From contig DAOWDN010000013.1 in NCBI GenBank assembly GCA_030639005.1, positions 13,453-77,452 on the forward strand: DNA of 64,000 nt, given 5' to 3'. The notes below the pieces were generated by a model. The model was given only the letters and a program-made list of their open reading frames with translations, had not been told where the DNA came from and searched no databases. This stretch comes from Bacteroidia bacterium (GTDB lineage Bacteria > Bacteroidota > Bacteroidia > Bacteroidales > GCA-2748055). This document shows positions 38,394 through 48,059 of this stretch, one piece after another. How positions within the stretch are numbered: position 1 is the stretch's first letter; the number at the start of each line of letters is the position of its first letter. The position numbers were made by a program, and so were the translations under genes.

Positions 38394-39482
38394 CTATGAC
38401 AGTTTCTTAATGATGGCCCTGAGCTTATCCATTTTTTCTTCCCCATCCTGTGTCAATTTCAGCTGGGCTCTGGTCCTGATCAGGTTATGCTCAGAATGCT
38501 TGACCTTATAGTATATATCTCCATCCAGGTAATCGATCAGGAAACGCACAGCTTGCATATAAGGGAACAGAAGACCTGCATAGAGCAGAGAATCCTTTTC
38601 AGTATCTGAAAGGATATCCCGGGTGGAGTCCAGGAAACCGGAGGCGAAAGCTTCATAAAGTTCCAGGTCCATGCTGACCCTGTCAAGGTTGGCATCATCC
38701 TCTTCCCCGGTATTGGTCAGCGTCCTGATTCCGTCACCAAAATCGGAAGTCACATAACCGGGTTGAATGGTATCCAAATCGATGACACACATACCTTTCC
38801 TGTTTGTATCAAACAATACGTTGCTAATTTTGGTGTCGTTATGGGTAATTCGAAGTGGAATTGCACCTTTTTCCCCCAGTTCATGTATGGTGAGCATCAT
38901 TTTGGAACGGGATTCCACATAGTCGACCTCTTTTTTCACTGCTTTCAGTCGACCTGCTGTATCCTTACGAATACTTTCTGCCAGCTGGATCAGCCTCCAT
39001 TTCATATTATGGAAATCCGGAATAATGGTTCCCACCTCGCCTGTCTGGAGGTCGTTCAACATGGTCGTAAATTTCCCGAAGGTACGTGCTCCTTCATAAG
39101 CAATGGCCGGATCGGTAGTACTGTCGAAAACCAGGTGGTCTTCAATAAAACGAAGTACCCTCCAGTAGTTACCATCCGGATCCTTGAAATAGGACTTGCC
39201 ATCTATGGCCGGAATGATCGTCAGGCTGCGCCTTTCAATCTCTTCGGGGAATTCCTTTTTAATTTTGGCTCTTACATGATTCGTCACCAGTACCAAATTT
39301 TGCATCAACAGCTCCACATCCTTGAACACAAAGTGATTCACCCTTTGCAGTAGGTAATCGGGATGACCCGGTGTATTGTTGACCATGCGGTAGCTGTCAT
39401 TGATGTGCCCCCCGCCATGAACTTTCACTTTGCCTATGGTACCTTCCGTGGTAAATTGTCCGGCAATATCTTCTACTATCAT
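38394..39482 (-). CDS. Aminoglycoside-phosphotransferase-fold sugar kinase (NahK/AmgK-like anomeric N-acetylhexosamine kinase candidate)
   Basis: APH catalytic loop HNDTKISNVLFD (HxDxxxxN), the metal-binding motif VIDLDT, and about 360 aa. Specificity is inferred only from family resemblance and neighbours. Confidence 0.65.
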   Translation of the reverse strand: MIVEDIAGQFTTEGTIGKVKVHGGGHINDSYRMVNNTPGHPDYLLQRVNHFVFKDVELLMQNLVLVTNHVRAKIKKEFPEEIERRSLTIIPAIDGKSYFKDPDGNYWRVLRFIEDHLVFDSTTDPAIAYEGARTFGKFTTMLNDLQTGEVGTIIPDFHNMKWRLIQLAESIRKDTAGRLKAVKKEVDYVESRSKMMLTIHELGEKGAIPLRITHNDTKISNVLFDTNRKGMCVIDLDTIQPGYVTSDFGDGIRTLTNTGEEDDANLDRVSMDLELYEAFASGFLDSTRDILSDTEKDSLLYAGLLFPYMQAVRFLIDYLDGDIYYKVKHSEHNLIRTRAQLKLTQDGEEKMDKLRAIIKKLS

Positions 39483-39487
39483 AGTTT

Positions 39488-40336
39488 CTAATTCATTTGA
39501 GAAATACAGAGCGCGGCTGCGCCATAGAGTCCGGCATTATCCAACTGTGCAGGAACAAGTTCTACCTTGCTGCTGATCATCGGTACAAGGAATTTGTCCA
39601 CTTCCTCACGAAGGGATTTTTCCAGCAGGTCCCAGGAATTGGCCACCGATCCACCTATCACAAAGGCCTCAGGAGCCAGGACGTACATCACAATTCTGAG
39701 AAGCTCACCGATGTTGTGCGCCAGCTCGTCAAACACGGCCAGGGCTTCCTGGTCGCCGGCCTTGGCTTTTTTGTAAAGTTCAGTACCGGTGGTCTTGTAC
39801 TTGTTCTTGAACAGGGCGGCACTGCATATATCTTCCGAGATGCCTCCGTGGAAGGGAACACATCCCAGCTCACCGGCTCCACCCATGAGTCCGGTATGGA
39901 TTTTCCGGTTGAGGATGATGCCTCCGCCCAGCCCGGTTCCCAGGGTTACGCCGACCAGGTTATTGTACTTTTTCCCGGCACCGAAATAGGTTTCCCCCAG
40001 GGCAAAACAGTTGGCGTCGTTGTTCTGAAACGTGGGCAGCTTAAAGTGTTCTTCCACCCTGGGTTTGATGGCGAAGCCATTGAACGACGAGATGTTATTG
40101 ATCTGCAGGATCTCCCCGCTTTCAACGTTCATAAAACCGGGCATTCCGATCCCGATGCCCACCACCTCGTCGCTCATCACCTTTCCGATCACCTCGTAAA
40201 GTGATTCCATAATCTCTTCGGCTGGGCGTTCGGCCCCGGTGGGAACCTCCGCCTTTTCTAACATCTCGCTTTCAGAGAACCGGGCAGCCACAATGGATGT
40301 GCCGCCGATATCAACACCTATATATAGTTTGCTCAT
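39488..40336 (-). CDS. ROK family sugar kinase
   Basis: IGVDIGGTSIV, GVTLGTGLGGGII and the glycine-rich ROK core. There is no N-terminal HTH, so this is a kinase rather than a repressor. Confidence 0.85.
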   Translation of the reverse strand: MSKLYIGVDIGGTSIVAARFSESEMLEKAEVPTGAERPAEEIMESLYEVIGKVMSDEVVGIGIGMPGFMNVESGEILQINNISSFNGFAIKPRVEEHFKLPTFQNNDANCFALGETYFGAGKKYNNLVGVTLGTGLGGGIILNRKIHTGLMGGAGELGCVPFHGGISEDICSAALFKNKYKTTGTELYKKAKAGDQEALAVFDELAHNIGELLRIVMYVLAPEAFVIGGSVANSWDLLEKSLREEVDKFLVPMISSKVELVPAQLDNAGLYGAAALCISQMN

Positions 40337-41583
40337 TATTTCTTAGTTCTGATTTTATGCCCGGATATGGCAAAATAAAGGATAAAAATGTAGCAGGGAA
40401 CCATCACCCAGTAGGCAGTCTGGTAGTTAGCCACTACTGCCATTTCGGTGGTTTTAACAGCATCCACAATGGTGCCGAAAATCAGAGGAACGACTGCTCC
40501 ACCCACAATGGCCATTACCAGCAGGGATGCACCAGCTTTGGTAAATTTACCCAGGTCCTTCAAGGCAAGGGGCCAGATGGCGGGCCACATCAGTGAGTTG
40601 GAAAAACTGGCAAACAGCAGGGCGTAAAAAGCATATTGTGCCGGCAGGTAAATCAGTAAAAGCGAAGCTCCTATACCCAGGATCGCAAATGAAATTAAGG
40701 CTTTCTGCTGTGAAATGAATCGTGGAATGGCGATCACACCGAAAATATAACCAGCCACCAGTCCAATGGTTACAAATTTGGAATAACCTTGCAGGTTATC
40801 TACATCTCCGAAGGTGGCCCTTGCGAAATCAATAATAGAGGCCATGGGAAGTGTTTCAATACCCACGTAAACAAAAAGAGCAAATACCCCCAAAAGCAGG
40901 TGAGGGAACTGTAGAATACTGGTTTTACCTGCTGCATAGGACGATTCGGTTGCTTCACCTTCCTCATCTTCGCCTTCAGCCTTCACCTCCGGAAGCGGAG
41001 CGAAATAGACAAATATACCCAGGACCACCATGATTCCGGTTACAATATAGAAGGGCATGATGATGTCCTCCACTCTCACATCGGCAAGATCGATAAACAA
41101 GCCCAGGAACAGGGGGGCCATCCACCAGGCCATCTTATTCATGATCCCCATCAGGCTCATGCGGACCGCCGCAGTGTTTTCCGGTCCCAGGATGGTGATG
41201 TAGGGATTGACTGCTCCCTGCAACAAGGTGTTACCGATACCTCCCACGAAGAGTGCCACCAGGAACAGCGGGAAACTTACCGCATTGGAGGACGGAACGA
41301 ACAGCCACATACCCAGCGCCATTATAAAAAATGCGATCATCATGGCCCTGCGGTACCCGATTTTCTTAATCACCCATCCGGTAGGTCGTCCAAAGATCAC
41401 GAATGCCGAAAAGATAGCTGCGGTAACCAGGTAGGATTGTCCGGTGGTCAGGTTAAATGCAGACCGAAGTGCGGGGGTCAGGAAGCCACTGATACCTATT
41501 CCAAAACCGATCACAAAAAAGACAATACCAACAATCATCAACGGGATCACCGGTCCGACTTTATACTTGGAAGAATTGCTCAT
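40336..41583 (-). CDS. MFS sugar transporter (FucP/GluP-type)
   Basis: 12 predicted TM helices and a FucP-like N-terminus (PLMIVGIVFFVIGFGIGISGFLTPALRSAFNLT). It shares 1 nt with the ROK gene start. Confidence 0.8.
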   Translation of the reverse strand: MSNSSKYKVGPVIPLMIVGIVFFVIGFGIGISGFLTPALRSAFNLTTGQSYLVTAAIFSAFVIFGRPTGWVIKKIGYRRAMMIAFFIMALGMWLFVPSSNAVSFPLFLVALFVGGIGNTLLQGAVNPYITILGPENTAAVRMSLMGIMNKMAWWMAPLFLGLFIDLADVRVEDIIMPFYIVTGIMVVLGIFVYFAPLPEVKAEGEDEEGEATESSYAAGKTSILQFPHLLLGVFALFVYVGIETLPMASIIDFARATFGDVDNLQGYSKFVTIGLVAGYIFGVIAIPRFISQQKALISFAILGIGASLLLIYLPAQYAFYALLFASFSNSLMWPAIWPLALKDLGKFTKAGASLLVMAIVGGAVVPLIFGTIVDAVKTTEMAVVANYQTAYWVMVPCYIFILYFAISGHKIRTKK

Positions 41584-41741
41584 TGCAGGAAGATTTAGAA
41601 ATTTAGTTAGTAAAAGTAATGGCCGTAAATTTAATCTTTTATTGATTATCTCAAATTATTTAAACACATATTGGCTATTGGAAAGCTTACCTTGGATAAG
41701 TACATTTACCAATCCTTTGTTTCACATTAATTTTTGATTGT

Positions 41742-42650
41742 ATGCGTTCGACACTTTTGATCCTTGCAGCAGGTATGGGAAGCCGCTATGGAGGAATGAA
41801 ACAGGTGGATCCATTTGGACCTTCAGGAGAAACCATAACCGATTACTCCATTTATGATGCCCTCCATGCCGGATTTGAGCGGTTTGTTTTTGTGATTTCT
41901 CCAAAAATGGAAGAAGATTTCAAGACCTCTTATGTAAAAAAGTTTCCCTCACACCTGGAAGTGGATTATGTAATCCAGTCCATCGATGACCTGCCTGATG
42001 GCTTTTCGCTGCCTGCAGACCGGGTGAAACCTTGGGGTACCGCGCATGCTGTGCTTATGGCCAAAGACGCCATCAACGAGCCCTTTGCAGTAATCAATGC
42101 AGATGATTACTATGGCCGGAAATCCTACAAGATCATGCAGCATTTTCTTGCCCTGGTTTCCAAAACAGGCGTTGGTCACTACTGTATGGTAGGATTTGAA
42201 CTGCAGAAAACTGTCTCGGAGCATGGCTCTGTGGCCCGTGGGATTTGCCAGGTAGATGAACAGGGTTACCTGGCAGGCATCACTGAACGCACAAAAATAT
42301 TTCTGAAAGATGGGGGAATTGTGCATGAAAATGAAGACGGGTCGGTTCATCCACTCGATCCCATGTCGACCGTCTCCATGAACCTCTTTGGATTCACGCC
42401 CGATTTCTTTCACCATATTGAAGAGAATTTCAAGGGATTTCTGAAAGAGAATAATGATAAGCCCAAAGCTGAACTGTACATTCCTTATGTGGTGGATAAC
42501 CTGATCAAAGCCGGAACATCAAAGATGTCGGTTCTGCAGACTCCGGAGTCATGGTTCGGGGTTACCTACCAGGATGATAAGCCCAAGGTGCTTGCAGCCA
42601 TCCGAAAACTGGTGGATGACGGAACCTACCCCGAATCCCTTTGGGAATAG
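41742..42650 (+). CDS. Sugar-1-phosphate nucleotidyltransferase-like protein
   Basis: N-terminal NTP-transferase signature LILAAGMGSRYGG, plus WGTAHAV and the NADDYYG acidic motif. The substrate is not readable from sequence. Confidence 0.7.
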   Translation: MRSTLLILAAGMGSRYGGMKQVDPFGPSGETITDYSIYDALHAGFERFVFVISPKMEEDFKTSYVKKFPSHLEVDYVIQSIDDLPDGFSLPADRVKPWGTAHAVLMAKDAINEPFAVINADDYYGRKSYKIMQHFLALVSKTGVGHYCMVGFELQKTVSEHGSVARGICQVDEQGYLAGITERTKIFLKDGGIVHENEDGSVHPLDPMSTVSMNLFGFTPDFFHHIEENFKGFLKENNDKPKAELYIPYVVDNLIKAGTSKMSVLQTPESWFGVTYQDDKPKVLAAIRKLVDDGTYPESLWE

Positions 42651-42720
42651 TTTACAGCACGGCATCTTCTCAACCACTAACATATTAACATACTAACTTA
42701 AACTTACTAACCTTTTACCT

Positions 42721-44076
42721 ATGCAACGACGAGAATTTATCAAGGCAGGTATGGTGGCCGGAGCGGCTGCTGCTCTTCCGTTTCCTGTATTCGGAAAGAG
42801 TGCCGGCGAAAAGGTGCGAATTGGTTTTATCGGGGTGGGATTGCGTGGCAGGAACCACCTGAACAATCTGCTGCAGCGGGATGATGTGATTGTCCCGGCC
42901 ATCTGCGATCTGGATCCCAATGCCCTGGAGGAGGCACAGGTACTGATTAAAAAGGGAGGGCAACAGAAAGCCGAAGAGTATGGCGGGGATGCTTATGCCT
43001 ATCGCGATATGTTGCAGCGGTCCGACCTGGAGGGGGTTATCATTTGTACCCCGTGGTTGTGGCACACCCGAATGACGGTCGATGCCATGCGTGCAGGTAA
43101 ATATGCGGGAGTGGAGGTTTCAGCCGCAAATACCATGGAGGAGTGCTGGGACCTGGTCAACACCTACGAGGAGACCGGTGTGCCGGTGATGATCCTGGAG
43201 AATGTATGTTACCGGAGAGATGTGATGGCTGTGCTTCAGATGGTGCGCGAGAATCTTTTTGGTGAATTGATCCATGCCCGGTGCGGCTATCAGCACGATT
43301 TGCGTGGAGTGAAATTTAATGACGGCATCACTGCTTACGGAGATGGGGTGGAGTTTGGAGAGAAGGGATTTTCTGAATCGGCTTGGCGCACATATCACTC
43401 TCTCTACCGGAATGGCGATGTTTATCCAACCCATGGGGTGGGACCGGTGGCCACCATGTTCGACATAAATCGTGGAAACAGGTTCTCATCGCTTACTTCC
43501 AGTGCCACCAAAGCCATCGGTCTGAACCGATACATAGTAAACCATCCCAAGGGGGGACCCCATCATCCCAACGCTTCCCTGAAATGGAAGCAGGGAGATG
43601 TGATCACTTCCACCATTGAGACCAGTAAGGGGGAGACCATCATTGTGACCCACGACTGCAATTCACCTCGTCCCTATTCACTTGGTTTCAGGGTCCAGGG
43701 AGCTGGCGGTATCACCGAGTTTGATGACCACACAAAAAGGATCTATGTCGAAGGAGTGAGCCCGTCCCACGGATGGGAGGAGATGGATACCTACCTTGAG
43801 AAGTACGATCATCCCTTGTGGAAAAAGCACGGGGAGTATGCCACTGGCAGCGGTCATGGGGGAATGGATTTCTTTGTTGATCATGCCTTTGTGGAAGTTG
43901 TAAAACGGAAGCTGGAATCGCCACTGGATGCATATGATGCTGCTGCATGGAGCGCCATTACACCCCTGTCGGAACTCTCTATCGAAAACAATGGGGAGCC
44001 CCAGGATTTCCCCGATTTCACCAGAGGAAGGTGGATGAATCGGAAGCCGGTATTTGCACTGGGAGACGATTTCTAA
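42721..44076 (+). CDS. Tat-exported Gfo/Idh/MocA-fold NAD-dependent glycosidase, GH109 (alpha-N-acetylgalactosaminidase)-like
   Basis: Twin-arginine signal MQRREFIKAGMVAGAAAALP, Rossmann motif RIGFIGVGLRGRNH, and the size and layout typical of GH109. Confidence 0.75.
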   Translation: MQRREFIKAGMVAGAAAALPFPVFGKSAGEKVRIGFIGVGLRGRNHLNNLLQRDDVIVPAICDLDPNALEEAQVLIKKGGQQKAEEYGGDAYAYRDMLQRSDLEGVIICTPWLWHTRMTVDAMRAGKYAGVEVSAANTMEECWDLVNTYEETGVPVMILENVCYRRDVMAVLQMVRENLFGELIHARCGYQHDLRGVKFNDGITAYGDGVEFGEKGFSESAWRTYHSLYRNGDVYPTHGVGPVATMFDINRGNRFSSLTSSATKAIGLNRYIVNHPKGGPHHPNASLKWKQGDVITSTIETSKGETIIVTHDCNSPRPYSLGFRVQGAGGITEFDDHTKRIYVEGVSPSHGWEEMDTYLEKYDHPLWKKHGEYATGSGHGGMDFFVDHAFVEVVKRKLESPLDAYDAAAWSAITPLSELSIENNGEPQDFPDFTRGRWMNRKPVFALGDDF

Positions 44077-44079
44077 GGA

Positions 44080-45012
44080 GTGCACATGGGCCATTCCAGG
44101 ATCAATATTTCAGCGCTTGCAATCACCTCATGTTTGTTATGGTCCACTGCATTTGCAGGAGTAAAGATTGGTCTGCAGTATGCCACACCCCTGCAATTTG
44201 CAGGCACCCGGTTTTTCATTGCCGGATTACTGGTTTTTCCATTGGCATATAGAATCAATCCCCGTTATTTCAGTATCGTCAGGAACAATCTGAAGATGAT
44301 CCTGCTTTTTGCATTTCTACAGACCTTCCTGCAGTATACCATGTTTTATACAGGGATCAATATGATTCCAGGTGCGGTGGCAGCCATTGTTATCGGTTCG
44401 CAGCCTTTTTTTATTGCGCTGGTGGCCAATTTCATGATGCCAGGCGACCGGATGACCCTGGTAAAGTTCCTGGTGATCCTTTTCGGAATCATGGGAGTGG
44501 CGCTGGTGATCCTGGGGAAAGACCCCCAGTCGGCCACCGGACATATTGCACTGGCAGGGGTCCTCCTAATGCTGGGGATCAATGTGCTTTCTGGATTTAC
44601 AAATGTACTTGTGGCCAGGGAGAAAGGGATGATCCCGCCCCTTGTCATAAGCTCGGCTTCAATGATCATTGGTGGGGCGGGCCTTTTCCTATTTTCTCTT
44701 CCTCTGGAGGGATTTCATTTTGGCACCAGGCCTCCTATCTATTTCATATCGCTTACCTGGTTGAGTCTTTTGTCGGCAGTAGCCATATCCATCTGGATTA
44801 TTTTGCTTAAGAGGCCCGGGATCGTTGTTTCTGACCTGAATATGTGGAAATTTCTGATCCCCCTTTTTGGAGCTGTTTTCAGCTGGATATTGCTGCCCGG
44901 CGAACAACCTCAGGTGGTGACCATTGTGGGGATGATTATTATTACTTCCGCACTTGTAGTTTCAAACCTGGTTCAGAAGAAAAATCGCTCTTTCATTCAA
45001 GAAAAAGCATAA
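44080..45012 (+). CDS. DMT-superfamily (EamA-like) transporter
   Basis: Ten hydrophobic helices in two EamA-like halves. It starts 3 nt after the GH109-like gene. Confidence 0.8.
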   Translation: MHMGHSRINISALAITSCLLWSTAFAGVKIGLQYATPLQFAGTRFFIAGLLVFPLAYRINPRYFSIVRNNLKMILLFAFLQTFLQYTMFYTGINMIPGAVAAIVIGSQPFFIALVANFMMPGDRMTLVKFLVILFGIMGVALVILGKDPQSATGHIALAGVLLMLGINVLSGFTNVLVAREKGMIPPLVISSASMIIGGAGLFLFSLPLEGFHFGTRPPIYFISLTWLSLLSAVAISIWIILLKRPGIVVSDLNMWKFLIPLFGAVFSWILLPGEQPQVVTIVGMIIITSALVVSNLVQKKNRSFIQEKA

Positions 45013-45032
45013 CTTTATCTGGTCGTTTTGCC

Positions 45033-47078
45033 ATGAGAATTCGGACAGTAACATATCTGTTTGTGATAGCATTTTTTCCGCTATCGAACCTGCACGCCCA
45101 GCAGGTTCCTCTGGCAGTAAAGGGAGTGTTGGACCTTACAGAATACGATTTCAAAACTAACGGCTCCCTGGAGATCAGGGGTGAATTTGAGTTCTACTGG
45201 AACCAGATGTTAAATCCCGCCGATGACATTTTCTCAGGCGAGATGATCTACATGGAGGTTCCGGGATCGTGGTTCAGTTTGAAAGATGAGTATCCCCAGT
45301 TGACCCGCTATGGATTTGCCACCTACAGGCTCATGCTTCTGTTACCGGCCGGTATGAACGACATAGCTATAAAGATCGACGATGTCTATTCTGCATCGGG
45401 CTATTTTCTAAACGGGAAGGCCATAGACTACCTCGGATTTCCGGGTGTCAACAAGTTCCAGACGGTAACCCGGTACAGCAGGCCGGTCATGACTGGTACA
45501 GTAGATGTTCAGGAAGTGGAGCTTTTAATCAAAGTCTCAAATTTCGATCACCGGCTCAGCGGCATTGTGGGTGGAATTAGAATCGGAAACGTGACCCAGG
45601 TAAAGGAAGAGCGAACCCGGGAGCTGTTCAGGGGGCATTTCCTGATCGGGGCCTTACTGATCATTGCCATCTATTTCCTGGGGTTGTACCTGATACGGAG
45701 CGAGCATTACAGGCTCTATTTTTCACTCATTTGCTTCTTAATGGCGCTAAGGGTGGTTATGCTCATGGAACTACCGGTCATAAGCAGCCTGAATCTCAAC
45801 GGGCTCACTACAGCCCGACTTGATTATCTCAATGTCTATTTCTTTGCACCCTTCTTCACCTTGATGATCCGTTCCATATTTCCCATTGAGTTTCCCCGGC
45901 TGATTTTCCGGATAATCATCTGGATCTCTGTGGTTTTTATTGCAATTGTGATTGTGTCGCCCATCAGTCTCTTCTCTTTTTCACTTCCCTATTTCTTCGG
46001 ATTCTTCCTCCTGATCAGTCTTGTGTTCCTCTATGTGATCATGATGGCCTGGATCCGAGGCAGGAGCCATGCCCCTTCATTTACGCTTGGACTGCTTATA
46101 CTATTTGCAGGTACCTTGAACGACATGCTGAATGAAATCAATGTCATCGATACCACTTATGTGGTTTATTATACCATGTTTATCTACCTGCTGATATATG
46201 CTTATATCTTTGCTGATAAATCAAACTTCCTGCAGAGGAAGGCGCAGAAGCTGGCCGATGAGGTGAGCGAGGTGAAAAACCACCTGGAGGATCTGGTGGA
46301 GGAGCGAACCACCGAGCTACAGTCTGTATCACGCGAACTGGAGCGGCAGAAGAAGAAACTGGAGTCAACCAACCATGACCTGGTGGAATCTATGAACGCC
46401 AGGAACAGGTTATTTGCCATTATTGGTCACGATGTACGAGCCCCCATCGGGTATAACCTGCAGGCCCTGGAGATGCTCATCGATAAACCCGGAATTCCGG
46501 CGAAAGAGCGCAACGAATTGCTGAAGATGATGGCCAGTGCATCTGAGGTTACCTACAACCTGCTGGATAACCTGCTGGTATGGGGCAGGTCGCAGACCGG
46601 AAAACTCAAGGCTACTCCGGTGAAGGTGCAACTGATGGAGTTGATTCACGAAAGTCTCGAACTGATCAACATCGGGCTGAAAGAGAAGAATCTGAAGGTG
46701 GAGGTAGAAGTGGACGAGGATCACTACCTGGAAGCTGACAGGGACCAGCTCTATATAGTGATCAGGAACCTGGTCAGCAATGCCATGAAATTTACACCTG
46801 AAAAAGGGAGTATCCATATCTCATCCAGGAAACAACAGGGTCAGGTGATTATCTCCATCCGCGATTCAGGGATTGGTATCCCCGAGTCGATTCAGGATAA
46901 ATTGCTGGATGCACGCTCTCATGTCTCCACCAACGGCACCAGGGGAGAGAAGGGATCCGGACTGGGGCTCAAGATCAGTCACGAGATTGTTGAGGTCAAC
47001 AACGGGTGGATGACCATTGAAAGTGAGTCGGGGAAAGGCACCACCATTACCATTGGGATCAAGGCATCACGTAAGTAA
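45033..47078 (+). CDS. 7TM-DISM-type sensor histidine kinase
   Basis: Signal peptide, an extracellular 7TMR-DISMED2-like domain and seven TM helices. A coiled coil follows, then HisKA (FAIIGHDVRAPIG) and HATPase (VIRNLVSNAMKFT, IRDSGIGI, GSGLGLKI). Start at ATG 45033, because the longer ORF overlaps the EamA gene. Confidence 0.8.
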   Translation: MRIRTVTYLFVIAFFPLSNLHAQQVPLAVKGVLDLTEYDFKTNGSLEIRGEFEFYWNQMLNPADDIFSGEMIYMEVPGSWFSLKDEYPQLTRYGFATYRLMLLLPAGMNDIAIKIDDVYSASGYFLNGKAIDYLGFPGVNKFQTVTRYSRPVMTGTVDVQEVELLIKVSNFDHRLSGIVGGIRIGNVTQVKEERTRELFRGHFLIGALLIIAIYFLGLYLIRSEHYRLYFSLICFLMALRVVMLMELPVISSLNLNGLTTARLDYLNVYFFAPFFTLMIRSIFPIEFPRLIFRIIIWISVVFIAIVIVSPISLFSFSLPYFFGFFLLISLVFLYVIMMAWIRGRSHAPSFTLGLLILFAGTLNDMLNEINVIDTTYVVYYTMFIYLLIYAYIFADKSNFLQRKAQKLADEVSEVKNHLEDLVEERTTELQSVSRELERQKKKLESTNHDLVESMNARNRLFAIIGHDVRAPIGYNLQALEMLIDKPGIPAKERNELLKMMASASEVTYNLLDNLLVWGRSQTGKLKATPVKVQLMELIHESLELINIGLKEKNLKVEVEVDEDHYLEADRDQLYIVIRNLVSNAMKFTPEKGSIHISSRKQQGQVIISIRDSGIGIPESIQDKLLDARSHVSTNGTRGEKGSGLGLKISHEIVEVNNGWMTIESESGKGTTITIGIKASRK

Positions 47079-47167
47079 ATTTACCATGAAAGAAATGCGG
47101 GACCCTTAGAAGCCTCTGATGTCGATGGAGATCAGGGAATTATTACGGTCCGGAAACAGATAAAGGA

Positions 47168-47491
47168 TCAGACAAATTTCACAGCCGTCCCATACACCAG
47201 GATCTCAGCTGCGCCCTGCATCACCGCACTGGTGGTATACCTCAGGTTAACCACAGCATCGGCATTGAGCCCTGCAGCCTCCTGTATTAACCTTTTGGTG
47301 GCAATGGCCCTGGCCTCGTTCAGCATTTCCGAATAGCCTCTGAGTTCTCCGCCCACTATCGATTTCAGTGTGTTCCCGATGTCCCGTCCCAGGTGCTTTG
47401 ACTGGATCATTGAACCTTTTACAAGACCTATCAACTCATACTTCTGACCGGGTATACTTTCAGTGTTGTAGATGGGTATCATCTTTTCCAT
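47168..47491 (-). CDS. YbjQ/UPF0145 family protein
   Basis: 107 aa. GELRGYSEMLNEARAIATKRLIQEAAGLNADAVVNLRY is typical of UPF0145. Confidence 0.85.
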   Translation of the reverse strand: MEKMIPIYNTESIPGQKYELIGLVKGSMIQSKHLGRDIGNTLKSIVGGELRGYSEMLNEARAIATKRLIQEAAGLNADAVVNLRYTTSAVMQGAAEILVYGTAVKFV

Positions 47492-47531
47492 TTCCCAAGA
47501 ATTTTATGTTTAAATTACTAAATTTATCAGC

Positions 47532-47834
47532 ATGAGAGTAATCACCATTAAATCTGTTGAGGTTCTTGATGAAGCTCTTCAGATCGAGGTTCACTATTGT
47601 TTTGGAATGGAACAACATACCGACTATGTATTTAAACCCAGGGGCGAGGAGTTGTACTCAGCCACCATTGTGATGGAGGAGAGCGATCATGTGATAAAGC
47701 AGGTGAGGGAGGCCACTGAATCTTGTCCCGGTCATGAGTTCATACTAGACGACCTGGACATGGACTCTAACATTGTAACCACCTACAGGTTTAAAAACGG
47801 GGAGGTTCTCGAAAAGAAGTCTAATATTTCGTAA
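47532..47834 (+). CDS. Hypothetical protein (100 aa)
   Basis: ORF only. No motif recognised. Confidence 0.4.
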   Translation: MRVITIKSVEVLDEALQIEVHYCFGMEQHTDYVFKPRGEELYSATIVMEESDHVIKQVREATESCPGHEFILDDLDMDSNIVTTYRFKNGEVLEKKSNIS

Positions 47835-48048
47835 GGTCGTCCTTCTCCTCTTCGTCGATCTCCTTCAATCGTTCCAGGTAGACCGAGATCAGGGCAATGA
47901 TGATGACAAGGGGAGTGAGTAGCAAAATAAGGGTCCAGAAGACCCCCAGCCCTTCTTTAATAAATACCACGACCAGGCTCCCGGCCTGGACCAGGATGAA
48001 AAATATGACCAGGATCAGTACCATGGTAGGTCCGAATCTTTTATCCAT
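47821..48048 (-). CDS. Small two-TM membrane protein (75 aa)
   Basis: Two clear hydrophobic helices and an acidic C-terminus. It lies 11 nt downstream of the GH2 gene on the same strand. Confidence 0.45.
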   Translation of the reverse strand: MDKRFGPTMVLILVIFFILVQAGSLVVVFIKEGLGVFWTLILLLTPLVIIIALISVYLERLKEIDEEEKDDLTKY

Positions 48049-48059
48049 AGTTCTCGTTT

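Noticed and set aside
41672-41687. A sigma-54-like GG-N10-GC spacing (TGGCTATTGGAAAGCT) upstream of the nucleotidyltransferase gene.
   Set aside because: Only the GG and GC dinucleotides match and the flanking consensus positions (CAC, TT) do not. This is expected by chance in a 160-nt AT-rich region.
42651-42720. The repeated word ACTAAC (three times) between the nucleotidyltransferase and GH109-like genes.
   Set aside because: The words are short, irregularly spaced and sit in an A/T/C-rich spacer. There is no dyad symmetry or phasing, so this is probably low-complexity promoter DNA.
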